A stretch of DNA of 63,898 nt, the filler included, from Folioceros fuciformis (taxonomy: Eukaryota): assembly GCA_049999805.1 (NCBI GenBank). It is 6 parts of 5 records of this genome, joined end to end, with 100 filler letters (N's around TTAATTAATTAA, not from the genome) between each part and the next. Parts side by side here need not be neighbours in the genome. Positions count along the whole stretch, not along the records: positions 58,644 to 61,870 come from JBNGIO010005769.1; positions 61,971 to 63,898 come from JBNGIO010005821.1; 4 more parts are not named here. The stretch is one strand, 5' to 3'. How positions within the stretch are numbered: position 1 is the stretch's first letter; each line of letters starts with the position of its first letter. The translations under genes were made by a program, and so were the position numbers. The notes below the pieces were generated by a model that was given only the letters and a program-made list of their open reading frames with translations, was not told the DNA's origin and did not search any database. Positions 61,744 through 63,898 of this stretch are shown piece after piece.

Positions 61744-63069
61744 TGTTGCGGCATAGACTAGGATCGACTAGCGCTAGAGACGAGGCGCGTGAGAGGAAAG
61801 AAAAGGTATCTAATGCGTTGTGTACCTTTTGTGGTCGCGTGAACAAGAGTTCGTTATGGCAGTTGGCCATNNNNNNNNNNNNNNNNNNNNNNNNNNNNNN
61901 NNNNNNNNNNNNNNTTAATTAATTAANNNNNNNNNNNNNNNNNNNNNNNNNNNNNNNNNNNNNNNNNNNNTCGTGGTGGCTGCCTTTTTGAGCCTCTATT
62001 CGAAAAGAGAACTCGATTTGAGGACTCTCCTCTGGAGGAGGTACCACCCTTGCTTGCTATCCTCGTGGATTCTTCCTCCAGGAGGGCTCCAATCAGGTCT
62101 GAGAGGGAAACTGCAGGTGTCTGGCCTGCTGGTGTGGCCTGGGCCACATTCCGCATATGTGTGCAGTGATTGCTCACAAAGACTCGATAGCTATCAGGCA
62201 GGGATAGGAGAAGGGCCACAGCAGCCTGCATCTCAGTGGTTGCAGTCCCACTTGAGGTAAGCTTAGACCTCAACATTCTGAACTTGATGACGTGCTGCTC
62301 CACTGACTCGTGCTCTTTCATCTTGCAGTTGTAGAAGGCACGAGTTGCACTCACCATTGATGATCCATTCGACACTCTGTAAATTTGGTTCAGGGAGTCC
62401 CAAACATCCTTTGTTGTGTCAGCATCTTGAGTATGGTGCATCATTGACCCGTCGAGAGCTGACTGAATGATGCCCAAGGCTCGAAGATCTGATTTTGCCC
62501 AAGCGGCTATATCAGCCTGGGCTGCTCCTTGCGGAGGCTTGGGCACTGTGCCAGTCACGATGCCCCATAGGTCGTGCTCTCTCAAGATGGTCTGTACTCT
62601 GAGAGCCCAGATGTCAAACTGGGTGCCATTGAACCTATCTCTCTCCTTAAAGTCTATTTTCACATTTGTGACTGTGGTTGTATTGTTTGTGACAGTCTGC
62701 GGTGGCAGATTTGCCATGTTTCCAATAGCTTGATGTGAAAGGGCTGATCCTGCTTGTGCTACAGCATACGCCTGAGCTAGCTGCGCAACGGATACAGCAT
62801 GCAAGCTTGTGCTTGACTGTGAGGAGGCAGTCTCCTGATTTAGGCCAAGTGGGTCAACTAGGTAAGGATCTGGATTTGTATTTTCACCCCTTCCTGTATC
62901 ACGACCTCTACGCCTGCCTCTTGGGTTTCTGATACCCCTACCATGGTTGCTATTGGACATGAGCTAGCTTTAGGAAGATGCCTGATCATGGGTGAGCGAG
63001 GAGTAGATTCTCGTTCCCATGATTAAAGGTTACAGACTGAGGCTGATTTATCTCCACGTTTCCCACAGG

Positions 63070-63543
63070 TTAGGCCTGGTTGTTATGCAGATTTGTGAAA
63101 ATAGGTAGCCTGGTTAGCAATTCGATCTGCTGTGTGAGGGTCACTATCTGTCTATGGGAGTTTATGACCCTGTCTGTCAAGTCACACACCTGTTGCCTAT
63201 GCCTCTCTGATTCTGACCTGAAACTTGTGTATAACTGCTGAAGGGAAAGGTCAGGCTTGGGAGGATATGTGTTTGCACAAATTTTGCAGGTGGGGATCTC
63301 GTTTGCTTTCTGTGCACTAATTGCAAGTGCTCGATTTATCTCCTTGCGAATTTGATTCCTAAGACTCGCTAAGGGATCTGGCTGTACAGGTTTCTGAAAA
63401 AGACTGCTCTGCCTTTGTGATGCAGACCTGGGAGACAAATTAAAAAGGTGTTGAAGATTTTTATGTTGCTCTTCTACACTATGTCCAGGACTGCATGCAA
63501 ACGAATCTAGGGGTATTTTACCCTTCCCACGTGCTCTCGGCAT
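63070..63543 (-). CDS. Extra upstream ORF of copia element (CxxC plus coiled-coil-like tail), unknown function
   Basis: Intact 157-aa ATG ORF between PBS and gag; homologous to ~57620-58130. Confidence 0.65.
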   Translation of the reverse strand: MPRARGKGKIPLDSFACSPGHSVEEQHKNLQHLFNLSPRSASQRQSSLFQKPVQPDPLASLRNQIRKEINRALAISAQKANEIPTCKICANTYPPKPDLSLQQLYTSFRSESERHRQQVCDLTDRVINSHRQIVTLTQQIELLTRLPIFTNLHNNQA

Positions 63544-63839
63544 CCCTACTGTCTACAAATAGCAATGAAAGACTGTTTCTGCTAGAACCATGTGCCCCAT
63601 GTCCTCTGTACTAACCAGCGCTGCTCTAATTGCAGAGATTACACAACGGAATTGCTCGTACGACAATCTCATGATGTAAGTTTTGCACTGCTTAGATAAC
63701 GACAATGGGAAATCCATGTTCTAATTAGAAAATTTTGTGTGCAAGGTATTAAATTTGTCCATTTGATTCCTGTTCAGGAACCAGGAAGTGCTACGCCTCA
63801 ACAGAGGGCGTATTGGCAATTTTTAACACCCAAAACATG

Positions 63840-63851
63840 GCTCTGATACCA
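63840..63851 (-). promoter_or_regulatory. Primer binding site (tRNA-iMet)
   Basis: gctctgatacca on + strand, directly abutting the LTR end (tgtaa...). Confidence 0.92.
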
Positions 63852-63898
63852 TGTAAAAATTCTAGATTGAGATCGATAGATGCACACAAAATTGCAGA

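Larger units (their letters stand above)
58644..61870 (-). mobile_element. Ty1/copia 5' half: LTR part (61744-61870), PBS, upstream ORF, gag-protease-integrase
   Basis: PBS TGGTATCAGAGC (61743-61732); 568-aa ORF 61255-59549 with FKDRDWFDG, CNWCLFPGHHEHEC, YLDSGASAH, LWHCRLGH; integrase continues in frame after one TAG (HTDLCGP, RSDNAGE, ERKNR). Confidence 0.95.
61971..63898 (-). mobile_element. Ty1/copia 5' end: LTR part, PBS, upstream ORF, gag
   Basis: PBS at 63851-63840; gag 62960-61971 (FKERDRFNG...WAKSDLRALGIIQSAL...GALLEEE). Confidence 0.93.

Overview
Eukaryotic (land-plant, probably non-seed) genomic DNA made of at least six contigs joined by artificial 100-nt N/TTAATTAATTAA linkers. 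Two intact-looking spliced host genes are present: a CCAR1/DBC1-family gene (RSA1/EMB1579-like, + strand, ~5.8-12.5 kb) and a B-class GATA factor carrying both HAN and LLM domains (- strand, 14.8-17.0 kb). There are also pseudogene fragments of a YUCCA monooxygenase and an LRR receptor kinase. The rest is mostly decayed retroelements: many Ty1/copia copies, two copies of an Athila-like long LTR, an RTE-like LINE and CRE-like non-LTR pieces. The most notable signal is a degenerate retroelement at ~0.6-3.75 kb with the order gag (2 zinc knuckles) - retropepsin - complete DNMT3-like C5 cytosine methyltransferase; it becomes visible only by reading across stops and frameshifts. Diverged gag and protease pieces of the same family lie at 18.5-19.7 kb and 28.1-29.0 kb. 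A second notable signal is a conserved extra ORF (MP[R/Q] start, CxxC, coiled-coil-like tail) between the PBS and gag in three copia elements. All calls come from manual motif recognition; no searches were run.
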